Shown here: positions 46,622 to 60,441 of the stretch, piece after piece
How positions within the stretch are numbered: the stretch's first letter is position 1
Layout: every line of letters starts with the position of its first letter
Assembly (NCBI GenBank): GCA_964016885.1
Contig: OZ024741.1
Location: 143,530,001-143,594,000, forward strand
DNA: 64,000 nucleotides
Source: Eledone cirrhosa
Taxonomy: Eukaryota
Reading direction: 5' to 3'
Translations under genes and position numbers: made by a program
Notes under the pieces: generated by a model
Seen by the model: the letters and a program-made list of their open reading frames with translations, nothing else
The model's database searches: none
Told to the model about the DNA's origin: nothing

Positions 46622-46950
46622 GGAGGCACATGGCTTAGTGGTTAGAGCATTGGCCTTGCAATCAAAAGGTTGTGAGTTCAATTCTCAGACCGGGTGATGT
46701 GTTGTTTCCTTGAGCAAGACACTTTTTTCACATTGCTCCAGTTTACTCAGCTGTAGAAATGAAATGATAGGGACTGGGGTTCATATCATTCCACTGCAAA
46801 GTGGTCGTGGAGGTGCCATGGCAAAAAAGCACCCAGCACTCACTGTAAAATGAAGTTGGTGTTAGGAAGGTCATCCAGCTGTAGAAATCAAGCCAGAATC
46901 AGTTCCCATCCCACCCTTGCAAGCAGGGAAAAGCGGACGTAAAGAAAAAA
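46622..46950 (+). mobile_element. Full-length tRNA-derived SINE with RTE-derived 3' tail
   Basis: A-box TGGCTTAGTGG (46631-46641), B-box GAGTTCAATTC (46674-46684). The 3' end tcccacccttgcaagcagggaaaagcggacgtaaa is identical to the RTE LINE end at 27911-27945 (reverse complement). Confidence 0.9.
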
Positions 46951-47579
46951 GATACTGTCTGTATCCAGTTTAAAATAGGTACACTGTATGTCATATGAAG
47001 TGACTAAAATTGGTGGTACCAAAAAAGGCATCCAGCTTTTGCCTCAAAAAGTCCTCTCCAACTCATGCCAACTTGGAAAAGTCAATGTAAATTGATGATG
47101 ATGATGATTGTATTAAGTTTGTCAATGATCTCTGATTCTTCATCTTCACAGTACACATTGTTCCTACATATTTTTATCAACTAAGGTCAAGTTACTAGTG
47201 TTGCAATTTTTCTTTTACTTAACATAAGGGAAGGGAGGATTGAGTTTACTGATTAAATCTTCTTGCAAATAAGACAGCTGCAACTATGTGATGTCCCCTA
47301 GGTGTTGTAACCAGCTCATGATAATGGGATTAGGATGTGTGGGATTCATATTCTTAAGTGGCGGAGATCTGGGTGCTCACTCAGTATATGTTCAGCAGTC
47401 TGCTCTGGTGAGCCACACTAGCAAGCTACTGATGGTTACAACCTTCAGTGGTGCATAGAATCTTGAGGATAATTGGAAATAATTGTTGTTAGGAAACTGA
47501 TCTCTGATGTTGATCGGGTGAATGACAATCTGAGACAGCAGTAGCAAATCAACTGGTTAAATATATGTTGACTTCTAGT

Positions 47580-47930
47580 GTTGTTGGCACATAGAAAATT
47601 TGCCAAACAAAGGGTCAAAAGGACTCTTCAGTTACGCCAAAGACATGACAACCTCTCTAGTGTTGTTAACACGATAAAACATAGGCAATACACTCTGTAA
47701 ATTGGGTGGTGGCAGCTGTAGAAAACTTGCTAAACAGAGGATTGAGAGGACTCTTCAGTTGTGCCAAAGGTATGACAACCTTCCTAATGCTGGAGCCACA
47801 AAATGCACCAGTACACTCTGTGGAATGGTTCATGATAGGAAGGGCATCCAGCTGTAGAAAACTTGCTAAACAGAGGCTCATGAGGACTCATGAGTTGTGC
47901 CAAAGACATGACTTCCACTCTAGAGCTTGT
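47580..47930 (+). repeat. Tandem degenerate SINE-body fragments (~3 copies)
   Basis: Repeated 'tagaaaa(c/t)ttgc(t/c)aaaca...ggactc...gttgtgccaaag.catgac'; related fragments at 5550-5800, 45720-46050 and 52300-52550. Confidence 0.6.
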
Positions 47931-48296
47931 GATACCCAATTGCCTGAAACTGCCTTTGGTCCTGCAATACAAACCTTTATACCTATCCAAATATCATAAT
48001 TTTATGTAAGAACCTTTGTCAAATTATGTTCCAAACACAAGATAAATGAGAAAATTATTTTACTATATCCTTCTAAATTCTTGATTTTTCAGAATTATAG
48101 ATGGGATTTCATTAGAAATATGGTAATGGGGTTGGATGTGTCTGCTATACAGTGTATCAACATTTCTGTATCACTTCATCCTTAGTGATCCAGCGCCTGC
48201 AAACATATCTGAGAATCTCATTCTTTGTTGCCACCTATCAAGAGTATTTCCCTCCTATTTGAAATGTGTCATCCATTCAAGTACCCATATGCATAC

Positions 48297-48351
<55 letters not shown>

Positions 48352-49849
48352 CATATACAAGTCCTGCCTCTCACATTAACTACCCAATCAGTCTCAGCTT
48401 GTTTAAAGCTCCACTTCTATTTAAATCCATTGTCTCTGTTCCCTGTTTATTTACTGTAAACTCTGTTAACCATGGGCACCATCTACATGAGAAGCAATAG
48501 TTAAAGCCAGACATGTTACACATCTGCTCTCTCACAGAGCTGGTGCTATGGTAAAAAGTGTCAAATTTGTTGGAAGATTTTAATTGAAATAGGAACCCAT
48601 TAAAATGGGTGGTTTGGGGTGAGTTAATATCAAAAGGGTTGGAAATATAATGGAAATAATTGTTCTCAGGAAAAACGAATTTTAGCCAATGACCCAATGA
48701 CTGATATCAAATTTCTTTATTGTTAACCCCATCCTTAGAGATGAAACATTTGTTAGCATTTGACAGGCTCATTAGAGAACAAAATGTCTAGTGATGCTTA
48801 GTTACTGCCCTTTACATTTTGAATTCAAATCCTAAGTCAGTTTTCTTTCATTCTTTTGTGGTTTTGAAACATTTTCTAGTAGTTGGCAGAATCATTAGTC
48901 TAATGATGTTTAGTTACAGCTTATGTTTTGAGTTCAAATTCTGTCAAAGTCAATGATTTCTTTCATCCTTATTGTGTTAAATACTGTGGTGGCTATAATC
49001 AACCCTTTACTCTACAAAAAATTAAAATTCTTACTTTGTGTTTATGTAAAAAAAAAATCAATATTTACATCTGTTTGAATCAGTCTGAGCATCGATCATG
49101 ATGTCTCTTTCATAGTGTACATCATACTAGATGGAATTTTATCTGAAAACCTATATTTCTGTAAACTAAGTGCAGTAAATCTCTTAATCTACTGTCTTCT
49201 GATGTTTGTCACACATACATGAGTACATAAGCCTGGAAACTTGAATTGTATTAATATTCACTCAGACATTTTAATTCTTTATCTTTGCTCACTTATTCCT
49301 GAGAAGGTCGTCCTCAGACACTCCTTCCAGAGCGACCTATCAGAAGCAACTATTTCTAAATAATCTGGTTAGATCCCCCAAGTGAGACCGAGCTCATGAA
49401 TGTTATTCAATCATCTTACTTGTGGTCTTCTTCTGGATCTCCTGTTGGTTGGCTTTGCCTGTAAACTCTGTCCAGTGATTCTTTCCTTAAACATTCTGAC
49501 CACCTGTCCATAACACCAGAGTAGTGATCTCAGTGTAAAGTAATAGCTCTACCTGGAGCTAAATACATTCCTCCAGAGGCTTTTCAGAGGAATCCCATTT
49601 CTGTTGCTTGTATTCACGATCGTATTCTTTCAGAATTACATCAAGGGTACATGTGTCTGTAGAATGCTTGACCACTTACACATTTTAATGAGCAGGTTTT
49701 TTAACTAACAACTGGAACACATCGTTGAAATTGAACAAGGTCCATTTTCACACTATTTTGTGTCTATCAGTGTACATTAATGTAATGGTGTTGTGTGTGT
49801 CTAACCTGTTGCATCTTAATATTTGTTTGACTTTAACAAAGCTTCCCAG

Positions 49850-49983
49850 AATCTAATGCTACAAATGGTAATACCAACCTACATGATATGAAACTCATCA
49901 ACCTTGATTATGTGAAAGATGTCATTATTTTAGCAGATGCTAAAGAACAACCACCACAGCTGATGCCTCTCAACCTAGCAAAG
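49850..49983 (+). CDS. LSM12: LSM12 coding exon 2, (K)SNATNGNTNLHDMKLINLDYVKDVIILADAKEQPPQLMPLNLAK
   Basis: Aligns to human [45 protein letters not shown]. Acceptor CCAG|, donor AAG|GTAAAC, ends in phase 0. Confidence 0.92.
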
Positions 49984-50661
49984 GTAAACCATACATTGTA
50001 TTTGTTCTAATTTTTAAATGTCTTTTGAATGATTACTCTGTGTAACTTGGTTTTAAAATAGGTACATCATATCCCTGCATGTCATACAAGCCTTTTAAAA
50101 AGGGCTGATGCCAGGATGTCAGGCATAGCCTCCAAAAGTTCTGTCCAACCTGTGTCAGGAAAAGCAGACATAAAATGATGAAACAATATTTAGCTCAAGG
50201 TCAGTCTTGATCAAAGGCATTCCAATGTGACCATCTCACCTCTTTGTGTAAATGTCATTTCTGATACAAAATTCTTTTTCTCCATTCATCTGAAATTTAG
50301 AAAACGAATCTCATGCATACATTAAGCTTTAGATTCGCTGATAGAAAGTTTTCTAATGCTTTCACATGCCCTTAGATGATGGGCCCATGGAGTCGCAGGT
50401 GCACTGTCGGGACCTACAGCATGTGTGAAGAATTTAAAACCTGGCTGAGCCCATCCCCTCCCCAGGTTTGAACACAGCTGATTCCTTCCAGAGAAGAATT
50501 GAGAGAGAGATAGCAAAAGGATGAAAGGTGAAGTTGACTTAGCTGATATTTGAACTCAGAACTCTGAGAACCAGAACAAATACTGCAAAACAGTCTATCT
50601 ATCCTTATTCAGATGTTTACAAACCATGGAGGAGAAATTTGAGTCATATTATCTTCCACAT

Positions 50662-51085
50662 CAGGGGTCTTAAACTCACGGACTCAAAGGGGTCATTACA
50701 TCCTGGGGAAGAGACACAGTTGGCCAAAAGTGAGAGAAGGGCTATGATTTCCACCTGTTATAATGCTAATTTGCAATATAGTTGATAGGTTGCTATTTAT
50801 TTTTTTCCTTTCATCAAAATAAATATGCATATGATAGTAAGTGGAATAAGTGAATTAATACAAAATATAGGGAGGCAAAATTTCTGTTTCAAATTTTCTT
50901 TAATTCCATTTTTTTTCCATTTTATTGTATTTTATGGGCAAATTACAATAACTTGTGGTATAAATATTACCAAAACAGGAACAAATTACCAAGTTCTAAG
51001 AAAATGTTAGTAACAGAAATTTTCTGCTTGCAAGCCATGGAAAAGTAGTCTGTGAGCTGCATGCAGCCCTCATGCCACGTGTTCA
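50662..51085 (+). mobile_element. hAT (Charlie-like) MITE
   Basis: Starts CAGGGGTCTTAAACTC; a second copy at ~56318-56690 (CAGGGGTCTCGAACTC) shares the body, e.g. ttcatcaaaat.aatatgcatatgatagtaagtgg. Confidence 0.65.
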
Positions 51086-51599
51086 AATTTATTTTTTTTA
51101 AATTGACAAAAACAAGCTTAGAAAGTTTTTGAGGGTAACTTTGAATAAATTCAGCCAGATTTTGATGTGATAAGAATCTGACCCTTCCAGGGTCAATAAA
51201 ATAAAGTACCAGTAAAGAACTTGGTCAATATAATCGATTTTCTCTTCTTCCTAAATTGCTGGCCTTATGTCTAAATTAGAAACTGTTATTTTATACTGCT
51301 AAAATTCATTTCTTCAGCCTGTCTTTGATAAAAATGCAAATCTGTTTGTTTTTATCATTCGTGTCTAGAAGCTTCTTCATTCTTCTTGTAGCAGTAAATT
51401 ATTGTGGCCAAGTTTCTCTCATGTCTGGGTCATTGAGTGAATGTTCATTGTTATTTAACTCTTTTGATACTAACCCATTTATAAACTGCCTCTGGTTCTT
51501 TACAATAAAAACACCCGTTTTAAAGGGTTCCTATTTAAATTAAAATCTTCCAACATAATTCTCTATAAGAACCATATACTATATTGCAAATAGCATCTT

Positions 51600-51782
51600 A
51601 ATAATTGTTTTTACTTTTGGCACAAGGCCAGCAATTATCCCAGTGCATTACTGGTACTTTATTTTATCGACCCTGTAGGGATGAAAGGCAAAGTTAACCT
51701 CGGCGGGATTTGAACTCAGACTGTAAAGGGACGTAACTATGCTGGAAAGCATGGCGTCCGACCCTCTACCAATACTGCCAAT
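51600..51782 (-). mobile_element. tRNA-derived SINE (LSM12 intron 2)
   Basis: Reverse-strand B-box (gggatttgaactc). Reverse complement closely matches 54579-54727. Confidence 0.8.
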
Positions 51783-52923
51783 TTAATAATTAAATAGTTT
51801 TAGTAAATACCTCCAATTTCTTCATTAATCAATTCAAAAACAGTGTATGCTATGAAAGTTAAGTGATGCCATTGTTGAATTGACTTGTATTTATCTAAGT
51901 AACACCGTAGTTCTACATGGCCCTTTATATTCATAAGCGTTAGCCACTTTAAATAATTAGCACGTGTATTCATGTGACTTGGCTAATATTAGCATAATGA
52001 TAGTTTAATTCTGATTTAAGCACAAAGCCAGCAATTTGTGGGAGGTGAAAGTTGATTAAATCGACTCCAGTGCATTACTGGTGCTTTATTTTTTCGACCT
52101 TGTAAGGATAGAAGGCAAAACTAACCTCAGTGGGATTAGAAACCCATAATGTAATATTAACATAATAATCACATCAGAAAGGGAAGAAGAAATGTAGTCC
52201 TGTCTGGATAAAATCTAAGGTGGAACAGCAGGAGTTAACTTTTAGTTAAGCAACAGTCATGCTATCAATCCTAATATGTTGTGTATTGACAGAGTAGTTA
52301 GTGTTAAATCTGCCAAAGGGTTGGAAGGATGCGTCAGCTGTGTTGAAGACGTGACAACCACTCTAGTGTTGCCAACCTGATAACACACCAAGTACACTCT
52401 GTAAAGTGGCTGGTGGTAATAAAAGCATCCATCCATAGAAAATTTGCCAAATAAATGGTTGAGAGGACAGTAGATCTGATTAAGTACTGACTTTGTCTGT
52501 GACAACCTGTCCAACCTTTCCTAGCAAGGAAAACATGTGAAATGAGGATTGTATTTGTTCTGACTCTGTGCACTCTAAGTTCAAATCCTGTTGAGATAAA
52601 CTTTGGCTTGCATCCTTTCATTTCAATCCAGAATAGTTGGAATATCAGACAGGATACCTTTTTGTATCTTTTTCTACTCTGTGTATTCTGAGTTCAAATC
52701 CCCTCACCAACAAATAAACAAAAATAGTAACATACCCCTATCATTATTCCAGCCATGAAACCTCATGGAAATCTGACTACCTATGCAGGTATGAACTGTA
52801 AGAAAAACATCAGATTTTAGGGGGTATTATTGTTTTTAAAAGATATTTATTTTATAAATAAATGCTGTTATCATGGAAAGTATATATTTTGTCTTAATGT
52901 CCAGGTTTATTTTCTAATTTCAG

Positions 52924-53033
52924 CTAACCAGCCGAATAAGACAGAATGTAGACGGCAAGAAAGAAAGGGTCAACCATGTTGGTGTTGGTGTTTCAGCCGA
53001 AGGACAGGCAGTTTTTGATGCAATTATTAAAAC
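52924..53033 (+). CDS. LSM12: LSM12 coding exon 3, LTSRIRQNVDGKKERVNHVGVGVSAEGQAVFDAIIK(T)
   Basis: Aligns to human [37 protein letters not shown] (AD domain start). Acceptor tttcag|, donor AC|GTTTGT, phase 2. Confidence 0.92.
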
Positions 53034-54357
53034 GTTTGTTTTATTTGCTTTATCTTCATTAAGCACTTGGATCAATGTAATTGATTTATCCCTCCTCCAT
53101 CCAAATTGCTTTCCTTGGGCCTAAAGCAAAAACTACTATTATTATTATGAGGATTAACAGAATCGATAGCCCATTGGACAAAATGCTTTGCAGTATTTAG
53201 TTTTGACTTTTTGTTCTGAGTTCAAATCCTATTGCTGTCAACTATGCCTTTCATCCTTCCAGGATCAATAAAATAAAGTATCACTTAAGTACTGGGTTCA
53301 TATGGTCAACTTTCCCTTTCTCCCACTACTAAGTTGCTTGCTTTGTTTCAAAATGAGAAGCCATTAATAAGGTTGATGAAGGAAGTAGGTTGGCAGAATC
53401 GTTAGAGCATCAGATAAAATGCTTTGCAGCATTTGTTCTTGGCTCTTTACAGTCTGATGTCAACTTTGCCTGTTACCCTACCGGGGTTGATAAAATAAAG
53501 TACCAGTCAAATACTGAAGTCTATTTGAACCCCTGCCTCCTCCCCGGGAATTGTTTCTAGATTAAAAATCAGTTACATTGGTCGATAGATTGGTAGTGAT
53601 GGATGACATGTTTAGCACATGTAAATCTCTCTATATACCTATCTATCTATATACTTATCTATGAAATATTTCCTCTTAATTATATTTCTCCTCCCTTTTC
53701 TCATAAATATGTCTAGCTTCCTTTCTATCTAAATGTTCTCTACACCCCATGTCATTTCAGTTTTTCAGAATAGGTACACTGTGTTCCTTATGTCAAAAGA
53801 GCTGGCTAAGAGGCTTGATGTTAACTCTTTAGCATTTACATTACTCTATATTTACTATTGTATTTTCATGGTAAAGACTTTATCTCACATAATATCGAAT
53901 CTATGAGATTTTGATATTATTTATTTTGAGAACAATACCTTAATATCTGTATAACAGAAAGAGGTGAGAGAATTCTGACCAAATACAGCTGGTTTAAATG
54001 CTAAAGGGTTAAGACATAAAACACTGTCTTGACCAATATATGCCAGCATGGATAAAAACATGCTTTAAAATGATGGTGATGATGACCCTCCACCCACACT
54101 CACATTATACTCTTTCTCATTAACAAACCTTCAGGCAGGTAGGGATGTTGGTGTATGGGTCATTTATTAGGTGTCAATCACCAAAGCACTATTTCCTTCT
54201 ACCCACATCTGTTGTTCAATCTTTTTAAGTCTTATTTTATGTGCTTTCTACTTTTGTGACTTTCATCCTTTCAAAGGTTGAAAAAAAATTCCAGCCCAAT
54301 ATTAGGGTCCTTTCTTCCTCCAAATCTCTTTCTCACTTCTCTCTATCATTCTCATCT

Positions 54358-54835
54358 AGTAATGATTTAGCAGAAAATATATACGAAATTGATTTAATAC
54401 AAATGTTTATAGTATCTTTATTAATGGGTAGATCATTGTGGAAAATGTGTAGTATCATCTCTTAACATCCTGTAATGATTTAGCAGAAAATATCTACAAA
54501 ATGGGTTTGTTAATACAAATGTTTATAGTATCTTCACTAAAGGATAGATTGTGAAAATTTGCAGTATTATCTCTTAATGGCGGTGGATTGGTAGTATCGG
54601 TAGAGGGTCGGACGCCATGCTTTGACGCATAGTTACGGCCTTTGCCTTTCATCCTTACGGGGTCGATAAAATAAAATACCAGTTATGCACTGGGATAATT
54701 GCTGACCTTGTGCCAAAAGAAGAAACAATTATCTCTTAATATCCTGCATTGATTTGGCAGAAAATATTTAAATATGTTTGTTAATTCAAATGTTTATATT
54801 TTTACAAAAGGACAGATTGTGAAAATTTACCGTAT
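54358..54835. repeat. ~115-bp tandem triplication interrupted by a SINE (54579-54727, +) with a 13-bp TSD
   Basis: Unit 'tgatttagcagaaaatat...caaatgtttata...gtgaaaat' occurs three times. TSD ATTATCTCTTAAT at 54566-54578 and 54728-54740. Confidence 0.85.
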
Positions 54836-54997
54836 TAGAGTAATGTTATGCAGACAGCGTTGTTTTGTACATTTCAAGTATGTCTTGCTAATTAATGTTG
54901 GTTCATCTGGTACAAGATGTTGAGTTAACAAATGTTTTTTTTATTTTTTTTCTTGCTAATTTTAACATTTTGTATTTTTTCCACTTTTCTATTTCAG

Positions 54998-55127
54998 CAT
55001 TGGAGAAACTAGATGGAAAGGAAAGACTATAATTGTGATGGATACTGTAGAAATAACACCTCCCTATGGAGTGGAGAACTGCCGTGGTCCCGAAGGGAAT
55101 CAAATCCTCATACATGTAAAAAAGATA
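54998..55127 (+). CDS. LSM12: LSM12 coding exon 4, IGETRWKGKTIIVMDTVEITPPYGVENCRGPEGNQILIHVKKI
   Basis: Aligns to human [42 protein letters not shown]. Acceptor tttcag|, donor ATA|GTAAGT. Confidence 0.95.
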
Positions 55128-55199
55128 GTAAGTCCCCCTGATGAACATTTTAGTTGTTGCGTTGTTATATCAATATCTATATGTGGTTGCTTGCTCTGC

Positions 55200-55868
55200 C
55201 AACATTCACATGCCATTTTGTCCCTGGATCTTACTTGAACACTTGTGATTCATCTCCTGTTTTTTACTTTGTCCAAGAATTTTGACTCAATTTCGAGTCT
55301 TTCTAGAAATCCTGACAAATTTCCAACCAATTCGTTTGGGCACTAGATTTGCACAAACTTTTTGCATGTGCAAATGGTCTGTTAAAATTCTGTAAATTAC
55401 ATTTTTATCCTAACAATCGGCGATCTTTTGCCATCATTGTTCACATCACTTCTGCATTTTGTTCATTTGTTTATAAGATTGACCTTCCAGAATAAAGTTC
55501 ATCTTCAACATTTTCTTGGCTCTCTTTGAAAGCTTTGTGCCACTGAAAAACTTTACTTCTTGATAGTGGCATCTCTATAAGCTTGTATTAAGGAAATAAA
55601 TGTTTCAGTGGCAGATTTATTGAGTTTCACACAAAATTTGATAGCATACAGTTGTTTGATATTTTCCTGCATCACAAACATAACAGAGGTTATAAACACC
55701 TCTGTATATAAACAGCAATAATTCACAACTGACTCAATCGATTGTCTTGAAACAAGTATGTATGTGCAACTGGGGTGTTAACCAGCATGCCTATAAACAT
55801 CAACACAGTGCTATGTTACCATGTCGTACAAAGGAAAATCAGTACCCTTACTTTTAGAACAAACTTCA
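55200..55868 (-). mobile_element. Tc1/mariner transposase remnant
   Basis: Minus strand at ~55600-55650 reads YAIKFCVKLNKSATET, resembling the mariner N-terminal HTH. TIR-like 'cccttacttttagaacaaac' at ~55845-55865. Boundaries approximate. Confidence 0.65.
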
Positions 55869-56317
55869 TTGGTCTGTTAGAGTGGTGTTGAATTGTTGCT
55901 AAGCAACACCACGGCTAATAGCAAAAAGCAAGCAAACCAACTTCTGCAGTCTCATAACATTCCTTCATCATTTCTATGTGGATTAAGCATTTTGAGATGA
56001 GTTCCAACCACCTTTGCCCAGGTTTTCCTTAGTTTTCCTCAACTGCAGCTTTCTCTTCCACTGGCACTTCTTCACCCTTCTTTCTCTTGAGTTATCCTAT
56101 GCTTTGAGACAGTGGTAAAGTGTTGACACAGTGTGAGCTCCAGAGTCCTCAGTTGACCATTGTAGAATGGCTTGTGTCCATCTCGATGATTGATTTCAAG
56201 GTAATATACAGCCAGCCAGCTCATCTCTTTGCATCCTGATTCCAGTGGGTTCATTGTGACAAATTATATGGCCATTAAGAACCAGACAACACTGTTTCAC
56301 AGCATTAGAATTTAGAG

Positions 56318-56690
56318 CAGGGGTCTCGAACTCAATAGGGACACTAAGTCCTGGGGGAGAGGCACAGCAGGCAAAAGGTTGGGGGTGGGGGCAATATTTC
56401 CACCAGTTGTGATGCAATACAATTGATAGGCTGCTATGTATATTTTTTTTTCATCAAAATGAATATGCATATGATAGTAAGTGGGATATATGAATTAGTA
56501 CAAAATTTAAGGAGACATTTTTCGTTTCAAATTTTCTTTAATTCTGTTGTTACTTTTGGTAAATTCTCTTTTTTCCAATTTGTATTTCATGGGTAAATTG
56601 CAATAAATATTATTAAAACGAGAACAAATTACCAAGTTTTAGGAAAAATATTAGCCTTGAGCCACAGAAAAGTAGTTAGGGGTCACAAGT
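56318..56690 (+). mobile_element. hAT (Charlie-like) MITE, second copy
   Basis: Direct homologue of 50662-51085. Confidence 0.65.
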
Positions 56691-57114
56691 GGTGTTTATA
56701 CAAATGTGAAAGTACATGGCCTAGTGGTTATTAGCCTGTTGGACTTACAATCAGAATGTCATTGGTTGTGTGTTGTGCTCTTAAGCAAAACACTTCACTT
56801 CATGTTGCTTCAGTATACTGGGCTGGGAGTATAACCCTATGATGGGCTAGTGTCTTATCCAGGGTGAAGTCTTGTCAAGGAAACTGGGATAAGCATTGGC
56901 CTAATGAGCCCCCAGATTTATGATTTTAGACTTTATACAAATATATGCACTGCATGACTGGTTTCGAAGCTTGCTTAGCAACCATATAGTTTCAGGTTCC
57001 ATCCCACTGAATGCCACCTTAGGCAACTGCCTTCTACTGCTCCCATGGACTCACCAATGCCATGTGAATGAATTTCTTAGCTAGAAACTGATGAAGCCTG
57101 TCGTATATGTGTGT

Positions 57115-57660
57115 ATGTGGTGCACAAGAGGTATAGTGGGATAGCAGGCAGACTAACAGAAGAACTAAACTTTAATGTGGCAGATGCACAGGTATAGTTA
57201 ATAGTAAGAGCATTGATGAGATAAACTTTTTCCAATCCCAGGAAGAATCCATAGAAGTTGTTGATAATTTCTGCTGTTTATGTGATCTAATAAGTAGTGG
57301 AGGTTACTCTGAGAGCATAGTAGCTAGAATAAGAACAGGATAGAAAAAGTTCAAGAAGCTACTACCTTTGTTGACTATGAAAGACTGGCTGTGTAATGCC
57401 TGTATGCAATGTGTGATGTTGCATAGTTGTGAGACTTGAGTAGTGAATGTAGAGGAAATGTGAAAACTGGAGAGAAATGAAGTGAGCATTCTTCAATGGA
57501 TTTGCAATGTTAATGTGCATGAAGAACAAAGCATGGATGAGCTGAGAGAAAACTGCTGGTATGGACATGATGCATATGGATGATAATCATTAGATGAAGA
57601 AGTGCCAAGAAATCCCAGTGGAAGGGAGCTATAGAAGAGGAAGGCCAAGGTAGATCTGAG
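57115..57660 (+). mobile_element. Old RTE LINE 3' fragment (LSM12 intron 4)
   Basis: Homologous to the reverse complement of ~28040-28660 (e.g. agtgggatagcaggcagactaacag, agaataagaacagga.agaaaaagtt, aagaagtgccaagaaat.ccagt); many stops. Confidence 0.8.
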
Positions 57661-57868
57661 CAAAGTGTTTTATTAGAAATATGGTAACAAAAGGGTTAGT
57701 ACGTTACAAGTCACATGTTACGCTCAGACATGGGTGAGGCAGTGTGCAAACTTTTTACTATTTTGTCAACTTGAGAAACTGTTTAAGCATGTCTTATTCT
57801 TTCACCCACCCACACACACTCTATCTATCTCTCATTATCTAACATCCATCTTTGTTTCTACTTACCAG

Positions 57869-57961
57869 GTTACCAAACATTTGAACAGGATGATGGATCC
57901 ACAGGTGCCAAACAATCTCAGGAAATCTTTATCCCCCTCGCCATCGCCTGCAACATCTTAA
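57869..57961 (+). CDS. LSM12: LSM12 coding exon 5 (terminal), VTKHLNRMMDPQVPNNLRKSLSPSPSPATS*
   Basis: Acceptor cttaccag|GTT, phase 0. VTKH matches human VEKH. Spliced CDS is 585 nt, giving 194 aa (human about 195 aa). Confidence 0.88.
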   Translation, partial: VTKHLNRMMDPQVPNNLRKSLSPSPSPATS

Positions 57962-59927
57962 GAATTCTTTCACTAGGCACTCTTTTTTTTTCTCACTCTC
58001 TCTCTCTCTCTTTTCTCCATCTCCCCCACTCCCTGTCCTCTTCATCTTATTTTCTGTTGTACCTTTTATTTATTTTTATTTTTGTTCTCTCTCTCTTTTC
58101 CCCCCTCACTCACCAACATCCCCCACTCATTTTCTGCCCCCTTTCTATCCTGACTAGTATTCTCTGGCACTCTCAACCCCATCTCATCAATCTGCTATAG
58201 TGAGTAATGACAGCCACTACTACTACTCCACACCCTCCTTGCCCAATTTATCAAGACTAGGCAGGAGGAGGGGAGTCGGACAGCTACCCACCCTTCACAT
58301 TGTTCTCCCACTTTGCACTGAAAAACTTGTTTGGAGTGAAGCCCCCCCCCCCTCGCCTACCATTTTGTTTTGTTGTTTTTTTACATTATATTTTTTTTAT
58401 TATATTTTTATATTTATTTATTTAGCCTTTGTGTGGTGGGGTTCAGCTATTAGTACAAACATCTTTACAAACCTGATTTTTCATCCCAAACTAATCCATT
58501 GGAGAAAAGTATGGATTTCATAACCCTTCTCCACCTTAACCCCCACGTTAATGGGGAGGGGGCAGTCTCCATGGCCCTTTTTCATGGCTTTCAAGATTGT
58601 TGGGACAGAAAGAAAAGTGTCCTCTAATTGGAAATCTGGTCCTTATGCTTGCAACAGTGGGCAAGGACCAGATGGTGGTGTGCAAAATTACTACTTGGCC
58701 CTTGTTTTTCTCCTTCCCATTGAAATGTAGGATTGTTGTTGTCTCTTGTTAAAACATGTTTTATGTGTGTGTTGTGTGTTGCTTATGTGTGTGAATGGTG
58801 CTGTTTACATGTTTGTGTGTATTGTTTTACTTCTCAGCTTCAGCAATTTTGTTTTTGTTTTATTTATTTTGACTTTCAATTTTTTATTTGATGCTGCTTA
58901 GCTTACATACCTTCGTGGGGTGGTTGAGGTTGTTAGTGTGGGTATGAGGGTTATTGAGACAGTGGGTCAGGGTAGTGGCAGATAGAGAATGGCGGGTTAG
59001 GCAGTCTGTAAGATACAACAAATGGAAAAGAGTGGGTGTCAGGATTTACTTCAGTCCCTTACACATCCTTCCACTGGACTCTGTAAATTTGATCTTGAGT
59101 TAAATTAAACAATCTTTATAGTTCATTCGAAGCGATGAATTGGCAGTATCATTAGAACATCTGATAAGAATGCTTTGCCATATTCATTCCGGGTCACCGA
59201 GTTCGAATCATGCCGAGGCCAACTTTACTTTTCATCCTTCCAAGGTTGATAAGAAGTACCAGCCTAATAACGGGGTTAATACTTCCTCTGTTCAGACATA
59301 GGGATGAGCTCTGCCAGGTTTAAATATTCCCAAAGAACATGTGAATATGGTGCCCCACCAACTCCATCAGGAGTTACGGGCCCATGCATACATATTTTAA
59401 CTGACGGAGTGACACAGGATTCTTTCTCGTTATCTTCCCTGCTCCTTCCCAAGAGCCTCTACTAAGTTGTTGTTTAGACCCGCTCCTCTCTGGTTTACAC
59501 TGTTGATCAAGCTGACCTATTATCAAAGGCATTCCATCAGTGATTATTACATACATGGAACACAGGAACTCTTTATCTATGTTCTTATGTAAAATGGTAG
59601 GGTAGTAATTCTGAGGAAGATATGGTTCATATTTAGAGCATGTCAAAAGACCACCTTGTACCTCCCCTCCTTGACTTGGTCAGTAAATTTGGGAATATGA
59701 AGTGGAGTTTAATTTGTTTTGTTCCTGTCCCCCCTCCTTCCCTCTTAGTTTATTAAGTGTAGTTTTAAAGTTCTATCATTCTGGCTGTGAATATGTATGT
59801 ATATATATATATGTATATGTATACGTATATATATATATCTATATATATGTATATGTATACGTATATATATAAATACGTATGTATATCTATATATACGTAT
59901 GTGTGTGTGTATATATATATATATACG

Positions 59928-59959
<32 letters not shown>

Positions 59960-60409
59960 CGTGTATATATATATATATATATACGTGTATATATATATAT
60001 ATATACGTGTATATATATATATATATATATATATACGTACGTATATATATGCGTATATATATATAAGTATATATTTATATATATATACGTATGTGTATAT
60101 ATATATATATATATATACGTATGTATATATATATATACGTATGTATATATATATATACGTATGTGTATATATATATATACGTATGTATATATATACATAT
60201 ATTACGTATATATATATATATATATATATACATATATAATATATATATATACATATATTACGTATATATATATATATACATATATAATATATATATACAT
60301 ATATAATATATATATATATTACGTATATATATATATATACATATATAATATATATATATATATTACGTATATATATATATATACACATATAATATATATA
60401 TATATTACG

Positions 60410-60441
<32 letters not shown>

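Noticed and set aside
46622-46700. Possible tRNA gene (A and B boxes)
   Set aside because: No acceptor-stem closure; it continues into a SINE body and RTE tail, and a second copy exists at 61709-62055.
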